From positions 1-62,467 of IMG/VR virus record IMGVR_UViG_3300030012_003842: a DNA stretch of 62,467 nt. The stretch is one strand, 5' to 3'. Positions 10,402-19,971 of the stretch are shown piece by piece (position 1 is the first letter of the stretch; each line of letters starts with the position of its first letter). The notes under the pieces are model-generated. The model made no database searches, was not told the DNA's origin, and saw nothing but the letters and a program-made list of their open reading frames with translations. The position numbers and the translations under genes were made by a program. Source of the stretch: a virus. Lineage: Duplodnaviria > Caudoviricetes.

Positions 10402-10952
10402 ATAAAGAATTAATATTTGAAGAAGATAAAATTTATTTTTTAGATTCATCAGGAAAGCAAAAGCATGTAATGATGTCTTGGGAAGATTCGTTAATGAAAA
10501 AGCATGCGGATTACATTTGTCAAAATGGTGGAGATATATTAGAGTTAGGTTTTGGCATGGGTATCGCAGCTGATTATATACAAGCAAATAATCCAGCAAG
10601 TCATACCATAGTTGAAAATCATCCACAGGTAATTGAAAAAGCAAAGGCTTGGGCAGTAGGAAAACCAAATGTAACTATTGTAGAGGGGGATTGGTTTAAT
10701 AAATTATCTGAACTATCTACATACGATGGTATTTTTGCAGATACTTACGGTGATGAACATGTAAATGATTTTGCAGAACATTTGCCAAGTTTAGTTAAGG
10801 AAAATGGCTTAGCAACATGGTGGAATAATTCTTATACAGAAAGTACAATTATAGATATAGAGGGTGTAGAGTTTGACACTATAGATGTTACACCTACAGA
10901 AAACTCTTACTTTAATAACGACAAATATTATTTACCTAAAAAACAATTTTAA
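10383..10952 (+). CDS. Class I SAM-dependent methyltransferase, GAMT/RMT2-like
   Basis: VMMSWE, ILELGFGMGI (motif I), HTIVENHP, YDGIFADTY. Confidence 0.8.
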   Translation: MGESFIDKELIFEEDKIYFLDSSGKQKHVMMSWEDSLMKKHADYICQNGGDILELGFGMGIAADYIQANNPASHTIVENHPQVIEKAKAWAVGKPNVTIVEGDWFNKLSELSTYDGIFADTYGDEHVNDFAEHLPSLVKENGLATWWNNSYTESTIIDIEGVEFDTIDVTPTENSYFNNDKYYLPKKQF

Positions 10953-11662
10953 TGGCAACTACTAATGTTACAGCTGGATTACAAGGAACTGTAGGTATTT
11001 TCGGATTCAATATAGCAAACTTTTCTGCAATTAGAAATGCTTCTTCAGGTTCTTTTGCTCAAACATTTAGTAGTCAATCTGACCAAGGTTCTGCTATTAC
11101 AGTTTCTTTTGAGTCTGCACGTTTTGGAAACTCTGGAGAGATAAGTAGAGCGTTTGTGTTTTTTGATTTAGATTCAATTTCAACCACTATTACGGCTTTA
11201 AGTTTGCAAGTTACAGGTGTAAGTAATAGTTCAAGTTCTGTAATACCTGTAAAAGCTTCAGCTTGGGGTGGAAATGGTAGTACAACTTCTTTAAACAATG
11301 CTTCTTTTAATGATTTATCTTTTTCGAATACATACGCGAGTTCTATTTCCAACTGGAACTCAAGTGGGCAAAACAGCTTTACTTTAAATAATAGTGCGAT
11401 AAGTGACGCCAACAATAATGGTTATTTAAATGTAGCATTAATTAATAGCACAGCTGACCAACCAGGAACAACTCCTTCGTTTCCTAACAACCCAGCTACC
11501 GCTGGTATAGTATTTAAGAAAACCTCAGCACCCATAAGACTGGTAGTAACTCATGCGGATGCGGGATATGGTAATGAAGTAAATGGTGTTGCAGGGAGTG
11601 ACATAAATACTGTAATTGGTGTATCTTCAGCAAACATAGCCAGAGTTATAGGTGTACCATAG
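10952..11662 (+). CDS. Probable virion/tail-associated protein
   Basis: Ser/Asn-rich beta-type protein in the tail cluster; SRAFVFFDL motif. Confidence 0.55.
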   Translation: MATTNVTAGLQGTVGIFGFNIANFSAIRNASSGSFAQTFSSQSDQGSAITVSFESARFGNSGEISRAFVFFDLDSISTTITALSLQVTGVSNSSSSVIPVKASAWGGNGSTTSLNNASFNDLSFSNTYASSISNWNSSGQNSFTLNNSAISDANNNGYLNVALINSTADQPGTTPSFPNNPATAGIVFKKTSAPIRLVVTHADAGYGNEVNGVAGSDINTVIGVSSANIARVIGVP

Positions 11663-11678
11663 ACAAAATTTTTTTACG

Positions 11679-11686
11679 TATATTTG
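11679..11686 (+). promoter_or_regulatory. Bacteroidota -7 promoter element
   Basis: TATATTTG (TAnnTTTG) in an intergenic gap, ~30 nt before the ATG. Confidence 0.6.
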
Positions 11687-11714
11687 CGTATGTATAATAA
11701 TTAAATAGAATATA

Positions 11715-11972
11715 ATGGCAAAAAATTTAACTGAAGAAGAATTAAAAAAAGTACAGGAATTAAATCAAAAGTTTTTACAAACTAAGATTGAAATAGCTGA
11801 TGCGTTTGTAGCGTTAGTAAAGAAAGTCCCAAATTTAGATGGTATACAAACACAATTTGGTGAGCTTGAAAAAGAATTAATTTCAGTTTATGGTGAAAAC
11901 GCAGTCATAGATTTAAGAACTGGAGAAGTAAAAGAACCAGAAAAAGAAACATCAGATGGCAAAGATAAGTAA
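11715..11972 (+). CDS. Hypothetical coiled-coil protein
   Basis: 85-aa ORF with upstream promoter and A-rich leader. Confidence 0.7.
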   Translation: MAKNLTEEELKKVQELNQKFLQTKIEIADAFVALVKKVPNLDGIQTQFGELEKELISVYGENAVIDLRTGEVKEPEKETSDGKDK

Positions 11973-12483
11973 CACAGCGGCATATCCCTCAATATCTAAT
12001 TTAGATTCAGCAGATTATTTAGTATTGACAGATGCAGAAAATGAATTAAAAACAAAAACTGCAACTATTGAACAAATACAAACTCTGTTTGGGATTGATA
12101 CGCTTGTTGCTAAAGTAACTGTAAATACTGGGTCTTTATTAACTTTAGGAAACACTCCGATTACATTGATAGCTGCTCCTGGAGCAAATAAGGTTATAGA
12201 TTTAATAAGTGTTTCTCAGTATTTAGATGCAGGTACGACACAATTTAATTTTGGTAATAATTTAGAAGTAAAGATTGGAGCTACAACTTTTGGAACCTTG
12301 TTTGCACAATCCGCTAATTTTGCTACAGACTTAGTTAGTAAAATAGGAGTAGGCGGTTCGACATACGTTATAGAACAAAATACTGCTGTTACTTTAGAGA
12401 CAGCTGCAAACCCATCACAAGGAAATGGTACAATGTTTTTTAACATATTTTACCGTGTCTTAAATGTGGGTACATCATTTTAA
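11956..12483 (+). CDS. Probable structural protein
   Basis: N-terminus (MAKIS...DYLVLTDAENELKTKT) resembles that of 4337-5074. Confidence 0.55.
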   Translation: MAKISNTAAYPSISNLDSADYLVLTDAENELKTKTATIEQIQTLFGIDTLVAKVTVNTGSLLTLGNTPITLIAAPGANKVIDLISVSQYLDAGTTQFNFGNNLEVKIGATTFGTLFAQSANFATDLVSKIGVGGSTYVIEQNTAVTLETAANPSQGNGTMFFNIFYRVLNVGTSF

Positions 12484-12487
12484 TTAA

Positions 12488-12712
12488 ATGGACATACGAA
12501 AGATTTCAATAGGTGCAGACTATAAGTCTGGAGCAATGCACTACATAGTGGGGCAAGATGTTTTGGGCGGCAACTATCAGATTCATTTAATACAGCACGA
12601 CCACGAATTAGATTCCTATAAAATTTGGATTATTCAAAAAAAAGAAATATTACTTTGGAAAGAGTTTAAAAACACACTTCCTATTTCTTTAGAATATAAT
12701 ATTAACTTTTAA
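12488..12712 (+). CDS. Hypothetical phage protein
   Basis: 74 aa MDIRKISIGADYK..., coupled to the next gene. Confidence 0.7.
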   Translation: MDIRKISIGADYKSGAMHYIVGQDVLGGNYQIHLIQHDHELDSYKIWIIQKKEILLWKEFKNTLPISLEYNINF

Positions 12713-13290
12713 TGCAATCACCTTTTTGTTTTATTGTAAAACCCTACAACGATAGGCGTTATGATAATATAAAATATTATGGTGATAATAAATTTTTTAT
12801 CAGCACTTCAGAAGAAGACCACACTGTATCTACTCGCTTTGCTACTGTAGTAAATACTCCTATAAATTATAAAGGCAATATTAAAAAAGGTGATACACTG
12901 GTTGTTCACCATAATGTTTTTAAATATTATAACGATATTTATGGTAGACAAAAAAGTGGTAGAAGTTGGATTATTGATGATTTATTTTTAGTTGATGACT
13001 ATCAGTTTTACATGTATAAACAAGATGGAGAGTGGTATAGTCATGATAAATATTGTTTTATAAAACCAATACCTATAGAAAAAAAATACATAGATGTGGC
13101 TGAAAGTGAAGAACCATTATGGGGTATAGTAAAATATGGTAATAAACAATTAGAGCGTTTAAACATTCTGCCTGGTGATAAAGTTTCATTTCAACCTAAC
13201 AGTGAATATGAGTTTAAAATAGATGAAGAAAAATTGTATAGAATGTATACTAATAATATAACTTTAAAAGATGGACACGAAAGCAATTAA
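12712..13290 (+). CDS. GroES-like (probably tandem-domain) protein
   Basis: Two segments with a GroES-like pattern (FIVKP...ATVV...IKKGDTLV; FIKPI...GIVKY...LPGDKVSF). Confidence 0.5.
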   Translation: MQSPFCFIVKPYNDRRYDNIKYYGDNKFFISTSEEDHTVSTRFATVVNTPINYKGNIKKGDTLVVHHNVFKYYNDIYGRQKSGRSWIIDDLFLVDDYQFYMYKQDGEWYSHDKYCFIKPIPIEKKYIDVAESEEPLWGIVKYGNKQLERLNILPGDKVSFQPNSEYEFKIDEEKLYRMYTNNITLKDGHESN

Positions 13291-13546
13291 ATTAGAAATC
13301 ATACACGCAGGAGAAAAAGCTGTTAAAGAATTAATTGATGTAGCGAAAGAAAAAATAATAAAACCAGACCCTGATGATGAGCTTGCAGCTGATAGACTTA
13401 AAAATGCAGCAGCCACAAAAAAACTCGCCATCTTTGATGCTTTCGAAATACTTAAAAGAATAGACGAAGAAAGAGATAAATTGGAAGGAAAAGAAATTAA
13501 AACTAATAATTTACCAAAAGGCTTTGCAGAACGTAAATCAAAATAA
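13271..13546 (+). CDS. Hypothetical protein, possible terminase small subunit
   Basis: Helical 91-aa protein overlapping the large terminase start; positional inference. Confidence 0.45.
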   Translation: MDTKAIKLEIIHAGEKAVKELIDVAKEKIIKPDPDDELAADRLKNAAATKKLAIFDAFEILKRIDEERDKLEGKEIKTNNLPKGFAERKSK

Positions 13547-15773
13547 TATCGCAAATGTATGTAAAGGCTTAGTTCCTTCTAACATATTATCTCGTAAAAA
13601 TAAAGCGAGAACATGGAGATATGGTTACGATGAAAAATATGATATAGTTATTATATCTAAAGACGGAACTATTGGTGAAATTTTACATGTGTCTGGATTA
13701 CGAATTGCTTTACCAGCTATTCCTAAGAAAGTGTTTAAACGGTCTGACAAAAAAACTGAACAGTATTGGGAAGTAACAGAAATACCTCCTGTTTTAAAAA
13801 GAATATCATCTATATTTCAGTGGCATGAAGCTCCTTCTACATTTAAAAATCAATGGGTTGATTACATTGAAGAAGAATTTAATAGAAGAGAAGAAGGTTT
13901 TTGGTTTATGAATAATGGTAAGCCTACATATATAACTGGCACACACTATATGTATTTACAGTGGACTAAAATAGATGTTGGTCATCCAGATTATAGAGAG
14001 GCTAATAGAATATTTTATTTATTCTGGGAAGCTTGTAAGGCTGATAAGAGAAGTTTTGGAATGTGTTACTTGAAAATAAGACGTTCTGGTTTTTCGTTTA
14101 TGAGCTCTTGTGAAGGCGTTAATACAGGTACAATAACAAAGAATGCACGTATAGGAATATTATCTAAAACAGGAGCAGACGCAAAAAAAATGTTTACAGA
14201 TAAAATAGTTCCTATATCTAACAACTATCCTTTCTTTTTCAAACCTATACAGGATGGTATGGATAAACCAAAAACAGAATTAGCATATCGAGTACCTGCT
14301 TCAAAGATTACAAAAAAGAATATGTTTAATGTTGAAGAAGAAGTGTTAGAAGGTTTGGATACAACTATAGACTGGAAGAATACATCTGACAATAGTTATG
14401 ATGGTGAAAAATTACAGCTGTTAATACATGATGAAAGTGGTAAGTGGGAAAAACCTGAAAACATTTTAAATAACTGGAGAGTTACAAAGACCTGTTTACG
14501 ATTAGGTAGTAAAATAATAGGCAAATGTATGATGGGTTCTACTTCAAACGCCTTAGATAAGGGAGGTAGAAACTTTAAAAGTTTATACAACGATTCGGAT
14601 TGCAACAAAAGAAATGCAAACGGACAAACCAAAAGTGGTTTATATTCTTTGTTTGTTCCTATGGAATGGAACATGGAAGGTTTTATAGATAGGTATGGTA
14701 TGCCTGTATTAGATAATCCAAAACAAGAAGTGGTAGGAATAGATGATGAATACATATATCAAGGTGCTGTTAATTATTGGGAAAACGAAGTTGTGTCTTT
14801 GAAAAACGACCCTGATGCACTTAATGAATATTACAGACAATTTCCTCGTTCAGAATCACATGCTTTTAGAGATGAAAGTAAACAGTCAATATTTAATTTA
14901 ACAAAAATATATCAACAGATTGATTATAATGATAGTATAATAAAAGAACATTTTATTACACAAGGTTCTTTCAGTTGGGAAAATGGAATTAAGGACAGTA
15001 AGGTTGTATGGACTCCAAACAAAAGAGGAAGATTTTTTGTAACTTACATACCTAAACGCTCTCTTCAAAATAATATTATAAGAAAGAATAATAGATTCTT
15101 TCCAGGTAATGAACATTTGGGTTCATTTGGTTGCGACTCTTATGATATATCAGGTGTTGTAGTTGGTAAAGGTTCTAATGGTTCTTTACATGGTTTAACC
15201 AAGTTTAGTATGGAAGAAATTCCAAGTAATCATTTCTTTTTGGAATATATTGCCAGACCACAAACAGCTGAAATATTTTTTGAGGAAGTATTGATGGCAT
15301 GTGTGTTTTATGGCATGCCAATATTATGTGAAAATAATAAACCTCGTTTGCTATATCATTTTAAAAATAGAGGATATCGAGGGTTTTGTTTAAACAGACC
15401 TGACAAAACATTTAATAAACTTTCCAAAAGCGAAAGAGAATTAGGTGGTATACCAAATACGTCAGAGGATGTAAAACAATCACACGCATCTGCTATTGAG
15501 TCCTATATAGAAAAATATATAGGAGTTGATATGGATGGCGTGCATAGGATAGAGGGTGATATGGGTGACATGTATTTTCAAAGAACTCTTGAGGATTGGG
15601 CTAAGTTTGATATAAGTAATAGAACTAAGTTTGATGCTTCTATAAGCTCTGGATTAGCCATTATGGCAAACCAAAAACACTTATATACACCGACTAAAGA
15701 AAAGACAAAAATTAGCATTAACTTTGCAAGATATAATAACAGCGAAAAAGTTAGTCGAATTATTAATAAATGA
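13524..15773 (+). CDS. terL: Terminase large subunit
   Basis: LKIRRSGFS (Walker A-like), LLIHDESGKW (Walker B), MMGSTSN, C-terminal nuclease (GCDSYD, CENNK, FDASISSG). Confidence 0.9.
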   Translation: MQNVNQNNIANVCKGLVPSNILSRKNKARTWRYGYDEKYDIVIISKDGTIGEILHVSGLRIALPAIPKKVFKRSDKKTEQYWEVTEIPPVLKRISSIFQWHEAPSTFKNQWVDYIEEEFNRREEGFWFMNNGKPTYITGTHYMYLQWTKIDVGHPDYREANRIFYLFWEACKADKRSFGMCYLKIRRSGFSFMSSCEGVNTGTITKNARIGILSKTGADAKKMFTDKIVPISNNYPFFFKPIQDGMDKPKTELAYRVPASKITKKNMFNVEEEVLEGLDTTIDWKNTSDNSYDGEKLQLLIHDESGKWEKPENILNNWRVTKTCLRLGSKIIGKCMMGSTSNALDKGGRNFKSLYNDSDCNKRNANGQTKSGLYSLFVPMEWNMEGFIDRYGMPVLDNPKQEVVGIDDEYIYQGAVNYWENEVVSLKNDPDALNEYYRQFPRSESHAFRDESKQSIFNLTKIYQQIDYNDSIIKEHFITQGSFSWENGIKDSKVVWTPNKRGRFFVTYIPKRSLQNNIIRKNNRFFPGNEHLGSFGCDSYDISGVVVGKGSNGSLHGLTKFSMEEIPSNHFFLEYIARPQTAEIFFEEVLMACVFYGMPILCENNKPRLLYHFKNRGYRGFCLNRPDKTFNKLSKSERELGGIPNTSEDVKQSHASAIESYIEKYIGVDMDGVHRIEGDMGDMYFQRTLEDWAKFDISNRTKFDASISSGLAIMANQKHLYTPTKEKTKISINFARYNNSEKVSRIINK

Positions 15774-18205
15774 AACAAGTAGAAATTAACTTAAAAGCAG
15801 CTGCATTTCCAGATGAATTTGCCTCCGATGCACAAAAAGATACAGCGGAGTACGGCCTGCAAGTTGGACAGGCTATTCAATATGAATGGTTTAGAAAAGA
15901 TAACGGCTCGTGTAGGTATTTAAATCAATGGGGTGAGTTCAATAGGTTGCGTCTATACGCACGTGGTGAGCAGTCTGTACAAAAGTATAAAAATGAAATT
16001 GCTATTGATGGCGATTTATCCTACCTTAATTTAGATTGGACACCAGTTCCAATAATTCCAAAGTTTGTAGACATTGTAGTAAATGGTTTAAATGATAGAC
16101 TGTTTAAAGTAAATGCTTTTGCAGAAGATGCAATGTCAGCAGAAAAAAGAGATGAGTTTCAAAAGAAGATAGAAGGAGAAATGATTGCTCGTCCTTTATT
16201 TCAACAAATAGAAGAAGACTTTGAGCTTAACGTATTTCAAACTGCAGAAGATGAATTACCAGAAAACGATGAAGAGCTGGAATTATTTATGCAAATGAAA
16301 TACAAACCAGCTGTAGAGATTGCAGCTGAAGAAGCTATAGATACTGTATTAAATCAAAATCATTATCAAGATATTAGAAAAAGAGTTGACTATGACATCA
16401 TGACTATTGGTGTTGGTATGACTAAACATCAGTTTTTACCAGGTCAAGGTATTGAAATTAATTATGTAGACCCAGCGAATGTAGTATATAGTTATACTGA
16501 AGACCCTTATTTCAAAGATTGTTTTTATTGGGGTGAATTAAAAACTATACCAATGGCTGAGCTTGTAAAAATAAATCCTGACATAACTAATGAGGAAATG
16601 GAAGAGATAGCAAAGTATAGTCAGTCATGGTATAATTATTATAATAATGCACAATACTATGAAAACTCTTTGTTCTACAGAGATACATGTACATTACTAT
16701 ATTTTAATTATAAAACTACTCACACATTTGTATATAAGAAAAAAGAAATGCCAGATGGTACTTTCAAAGTTGTACAAAAAGATGAGAACTTCAATCCGCC
16801 AGAAGAAATGATGGCTGAAGGAAAGTTTGAAAGAGTTGAAAAAAAGATAGAAGTATGGTATGATGGTATTATGGTTATGGGAACAAACATTCTTTTGAAA
16901 TGGGAGCTTGCAGAAAATATGGTTAGACCTAAAGCTGCAAGTCAAAACGCTTTACCTAATTATGTTGCTTGTGCTCCAAGATTATATAAAGGAATGTATG
17001 AATCTTTAGTTAGAAGGATGATTCCTTTTGCTGATTTAATTCAGGTAACACATTTAAAGTTACAGCAAGTAATATCAAGAATGGTCCCAGATGGTGTTTT
17101 TATAGACGCTGATGGACTTAATGAGGTTGACTTAGGCACAGGTAATGCTTACAATCCTGAAGACGCTCTACGACTTTATTTTCAAACTGGTAGTGTAGTA
17201 GGTAGAAGTTTTACACAAGATGGTGAGTTTAATAACGCTAAGGTTCCAATAACACAACTAACATCAAATAGTGGTGGAGCTAAAATGCAAATGTTAATTG
17301 CTAATTACAATCATTATCTTGATATGATTAGAACTGTAACTGGTTTAAACGAAGCTCGTGATGGTTCTACTCCAAATCCTGACGCATTGGTAGGTGTACA
17401 AAAATTAGCAGCACTTAATTCTAACACTGCTACAAGACATATATTAAATGCAAGTCTGTACATTACAAGAAGATTAGCTGAAGGTATAGTTTTAAGAACA
17501 GCTGATGTTTTAGAATATTCAGAGTTTAAAGACCAGTTTGCTATGCAAATAGGTAAATATAATTTAAACTTACTCGAGGATATTAGAAACCTATATCTAT
17601 ATAGTTTCGGTATATTCTTAGAATTAGCACCAGATGAAGAAGAAAGAGCAATGCTTGAAGCTAATATACAAATGGCTTTATCTAAAAATGACATTAATTT
17701 AGAAGATGCGTTAGATATTAGAGAGATACATAATTTGAAAATGGCTAACCAACTTCTTAAAACAAAAAGAAAAAAGAAAGCACAAATGGAACAGCAGCAA
17801 GCTCAGATGCAACAGGCTGCTCAAGCAGAAATGCAACAACAAGCAGCTATGATGGCGGCACAACAAGAGCAGCAAAGAATCGCAGCAGAGACTCAATCCA
17901 AAATGCAAATCAAACAAGCTGAGATAGCTATGGAAATAGAGAAGATGAAGAATGAAGCTATGTTAAAATCACAATTAATGGAAACTGAGTTTGCTTATAA
18001 CATGCAGTTAAAAGGTATAGAACAGTCTCAAATTGATGCAAGAGAGAAGGCAAGAGAAAAAGGTAAGTCAGATAGAATTAGTCAAGCTAATACACAACAG
18101 TCTAAACTTATTGAACAAAGAAAAAGAAATTTACCAGCAGTAAAGTTTGAATCAAATGAGGATACTTTGGATGGTTTTGATTTAGCAGAGTTTGGACCTA
18201 AATAA
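15770..18205 (+). CDS. Portal protein
   Basis: 811 aa directly after the terminase; PVPIIPKFVDIVVNG; Gln-rich C-terminal coiled coil typical of podovirus portals. Confidence 0.85.
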   Translation: MKQVEINLKAAAFPDEFASDAQKDTAEYGLQVGQAIQYEWFRKDNGSCRYLNQWGEFNRLRLYARGEQSVQKYKNEIAIDGDLSYLNLDWTPVPIIPKFVDIVVNGLNDRLFKVNAFAEDAMSAEKRDEFQKKIEGEMIARPLFQQIEEDFELNVFQTAEDELPENDEELELFMQMKYKPAVEIAAEEAIDTVLNQNHYQDIRKRVDYDIMTIGVGMTKHQFLPGQGIEINYVDPANVVYSYTEDPYFKDCFYWGELKTIPMAELVKINPDITNEEMEEIAKYSQSWYNYYNNAQYYENSLFYRDTCTLLYFNYKTTHTFVYKKKEMPDGTFKVVQKDENFNPPEEMMAEGKFERVEKKIEVWYDGIMVMGTNILLKWELAENMVRPKAASQNALPNYVACAPRLYKGMYESLVRRMIPFADLIQVTHLKLQQVISRMVPDGVFIDADGLNEVDLGTGNAYNPEDALRLYFQTGSVVGRSFTQDGEFNNAKVPITQLTSNSGGAKMQMLIANYNHYLDMIRTVTGLNEARDGSTPNPDALVGVQKLAALNSNTATRHILNASLYITRRLAEGIVLRTADVLEYSEFKDQFAMQIGKYNLNLLEDIRNLYLYSFGIFLELAPDEEERAMLEANIQMALSKNDINLEDALDIREIHNLKMANQLLKTKRKKKAQMEQQQAQMQQAAQAEMQQQAAMMAAQQEQQRIAAETQSKMQIKQAEIAMEIEKMKNEAMLKSQLMETEFAYNMQLKGIEQSQIDAREKAREKGKSDRISQANTQQSKLIEQRKRNLPAVKFESNEDTLDGFDLAEFGPK

Positions 18206-18211
18206 TCTTTT

Positions 18212-18766
18212 ATGGGCAGTCTTCCTCCTATGTTTAGTGATTTCAATATCAAGAAATATAAGTTAATTAAATATCCTTCCGATATAAGTTTACAAACTCT
18301 TAACGAAATTAAATCTTTGCAAACTCAACGTATGGATGTGGTTTACGCAGACAAGTATGATGATATCAATGAGTCGTTTAAACGGCTTTTCAATAACCGA
18401 ACAAGAGAGTATCCTGAAGAATTAGTAAATGATTTAATTGAGAATGCTTCAAAGGTTATTTTAAAAATAAAAAATTATCACGATAGACCAAGACCTGATA
18501 AGCTTGCAAAAAAATTTGGCATAAGTTTATTATATCATAAAATGAAAAGCGCACAGACACCTGCTTTTCCTTCAGGACATTCAGCTCAAGGTAGAATGAT
18601 AGCATTAATTTTAGGAGATATGTTTCCTGAAATGAAAAAAGAATTTATGGATGTCTCAAACCACATATCTAAAAGCAGAATAGTTGCACGAGTGCACTAC
18701 AAATCTGACAAAGAGGTAGGTGAAAAATTAGGTGAAGACATGTATAACTATTTGAAAAACGCCTAA
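18212..18766 (+). CDS. PAP2/haloperoxidase-superfamily phosphatase
   Basis: KxxxxRPRP, PAFPSGH and SRxxxxxHYxSD catalytic motifs. Confidence 0.85.
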   Translation: MGSLPPMFSDFNIKKYKLIKYPSDISLQTLNEIKSLQTQRMDVVYADKYDDINESFKRLFNNRTREYPEELVNDLIENASKVILKIKNYHDRPRPDKLAKKFGISLLYHKMKSAQTPAFPSGHSAQGRMIALILGDMFPEMKKEFMDVSNHISKSRIVARVHYKSDKEVGEKLGEDMYNYLKNA

Positions 18767-18787
18767 AAATGGTAAATAATTATTGTT

Positions 18788-18795
18788 TAATTTTG
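18788..18795 (+). promoter_or_regulatory. Bacteroidota -7 promoter element for scaffold/capsid genes
   Basis: TAATTTTG upstream of ATG 18812. Confidence 0.5.
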
Positions 18796-18811
18796 TTAAA
18801 AATTTAATCTA

Positions 18812-19951
18812 ATGGAAATAAAAGTAAAAGCAGTGGATGGCAACACTCAAAAATCAAAAGCCGAAATTGAAGAGCAGTTGTTAAAAAAGCATGAAGCTCA
18901 ACAACAGGAAAATCAAGCTGAGGAAAAGCCTGAAAAGGTTGAACCTCAAGCAGAAGTAAAGGAAAACCCAGCTGAGGAAACTCCAGCTGTAGAAGAAAAA
19001 ACTCCCTCGTCAGAGTTAAATGACGAACATGTTCTTAATTTTATTAAAGAGAGATACAACAAAGACATTAATTCAGTTGAGGAATTATTTGAAACAAAAG
19101 AATCAAATGTTGAATTACCTGAAGATGTTAAATTGTATTTTGATTATAAGAAAGAAACAGGCCGTGGAATCGAAGACTTTTATAAATTACAAAAGAACTA
19201 CGATGACATGGATGAGGATTCAGTTTTAGCTGACTATCTTAGTGTTCAAGAGGAAGGTCTTGATGCTATAGATATTCAAGATATAATGGACGACAGATTT
19301 GGATACGACAGTGAAGAAGATGACGAAAAGGATATTAAGAAGAAAAAGTTAGCTAAAAAGAGAGAGCTTGCAAAAGCAAGAAAGTTTTTTAAAGAACAGA
19401 AAGATAAGTATAAAGTCCCTCTTGAGTCAAGTGGGGGTGGATTATCTGATGAACAAGAAAACAATCTTAATGCTTACAAGACAATGATAGAGGAATCTAA
19501 TTCTCAGAAGGAGGCCGTTCAGCTTATGAGAAGAAATTTTGAGGAACGTACAAACAAAGTGTTTGGCGATGAGTTCAAAGGTTTTGAGTTCAGCGTTAGT
19601 GACGATAAATCAATTCTCTATAAACCTGGGACTGCTGAGGAATTAAAGAACAAGCAAATGGATTTCAATAATTTTGTTTCAAAATTTAATGATGAAAACG
19701 GATTAATGAAAGACGCAGCAGGATACCATAGAGCTATGTCAATAGCTATGAATCCTGAAAAATTTGCAAAGTTTTTTTATGAGCAGGGTGTTGCTGCAAC
19801 AGTAGATGATGTAGCAAGAAAATCTAAGAATATCAATATGGATGTTCGTAGAGCCCCGCAACTTAGCACGAAAAATAGTTTGAAAATAAAAGCTGTAGGT
19901 GATACTTCGAGTGGTAGAGGACTCAAAATTAGAAGTATTAAAAAAGTTTAA
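18812..19951 (+). CDS. Putative capsid scaffolding protein
   Basis: Acidic helical protein between portal and capsid genes. Confidence 0.65.
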   Translation: MEIKVKAVDGNTQKSKAEIEEQLLKKHEAQQQENQAEEKPEKVEPQAEVKENPAEETPAVEEKTPSSELNDEHVLNFIKERYNKDINSVEELFETKESNVELPEDVKLYFDYKKETGRGIEDFYKLQKNYDDMDEDSVLADYLSVQEEGLDAIDIQDIMDDRFGYDSEEDDEKDIKKKKLAKKRELAKARKFFKEQKDKYKVPLESSGGGLSDEQENNLNAYKTMIEESNSQKEAVQLMRRNFEERTNKVFGDEFKGFEFSVSDDKSILYKPGTAEELKNKQMDFNNFVSKFNDENGLMKDAAGYHRAMSIAMNPEKFAKFFYEQGVAATVDDVARKSKNINMDVRRAPQLSTKNSLKIKAVGDTSSGRGLKIRSIKKV

Positions 19952-19971
19952 CAAATTAAAATTTTAAAGTT

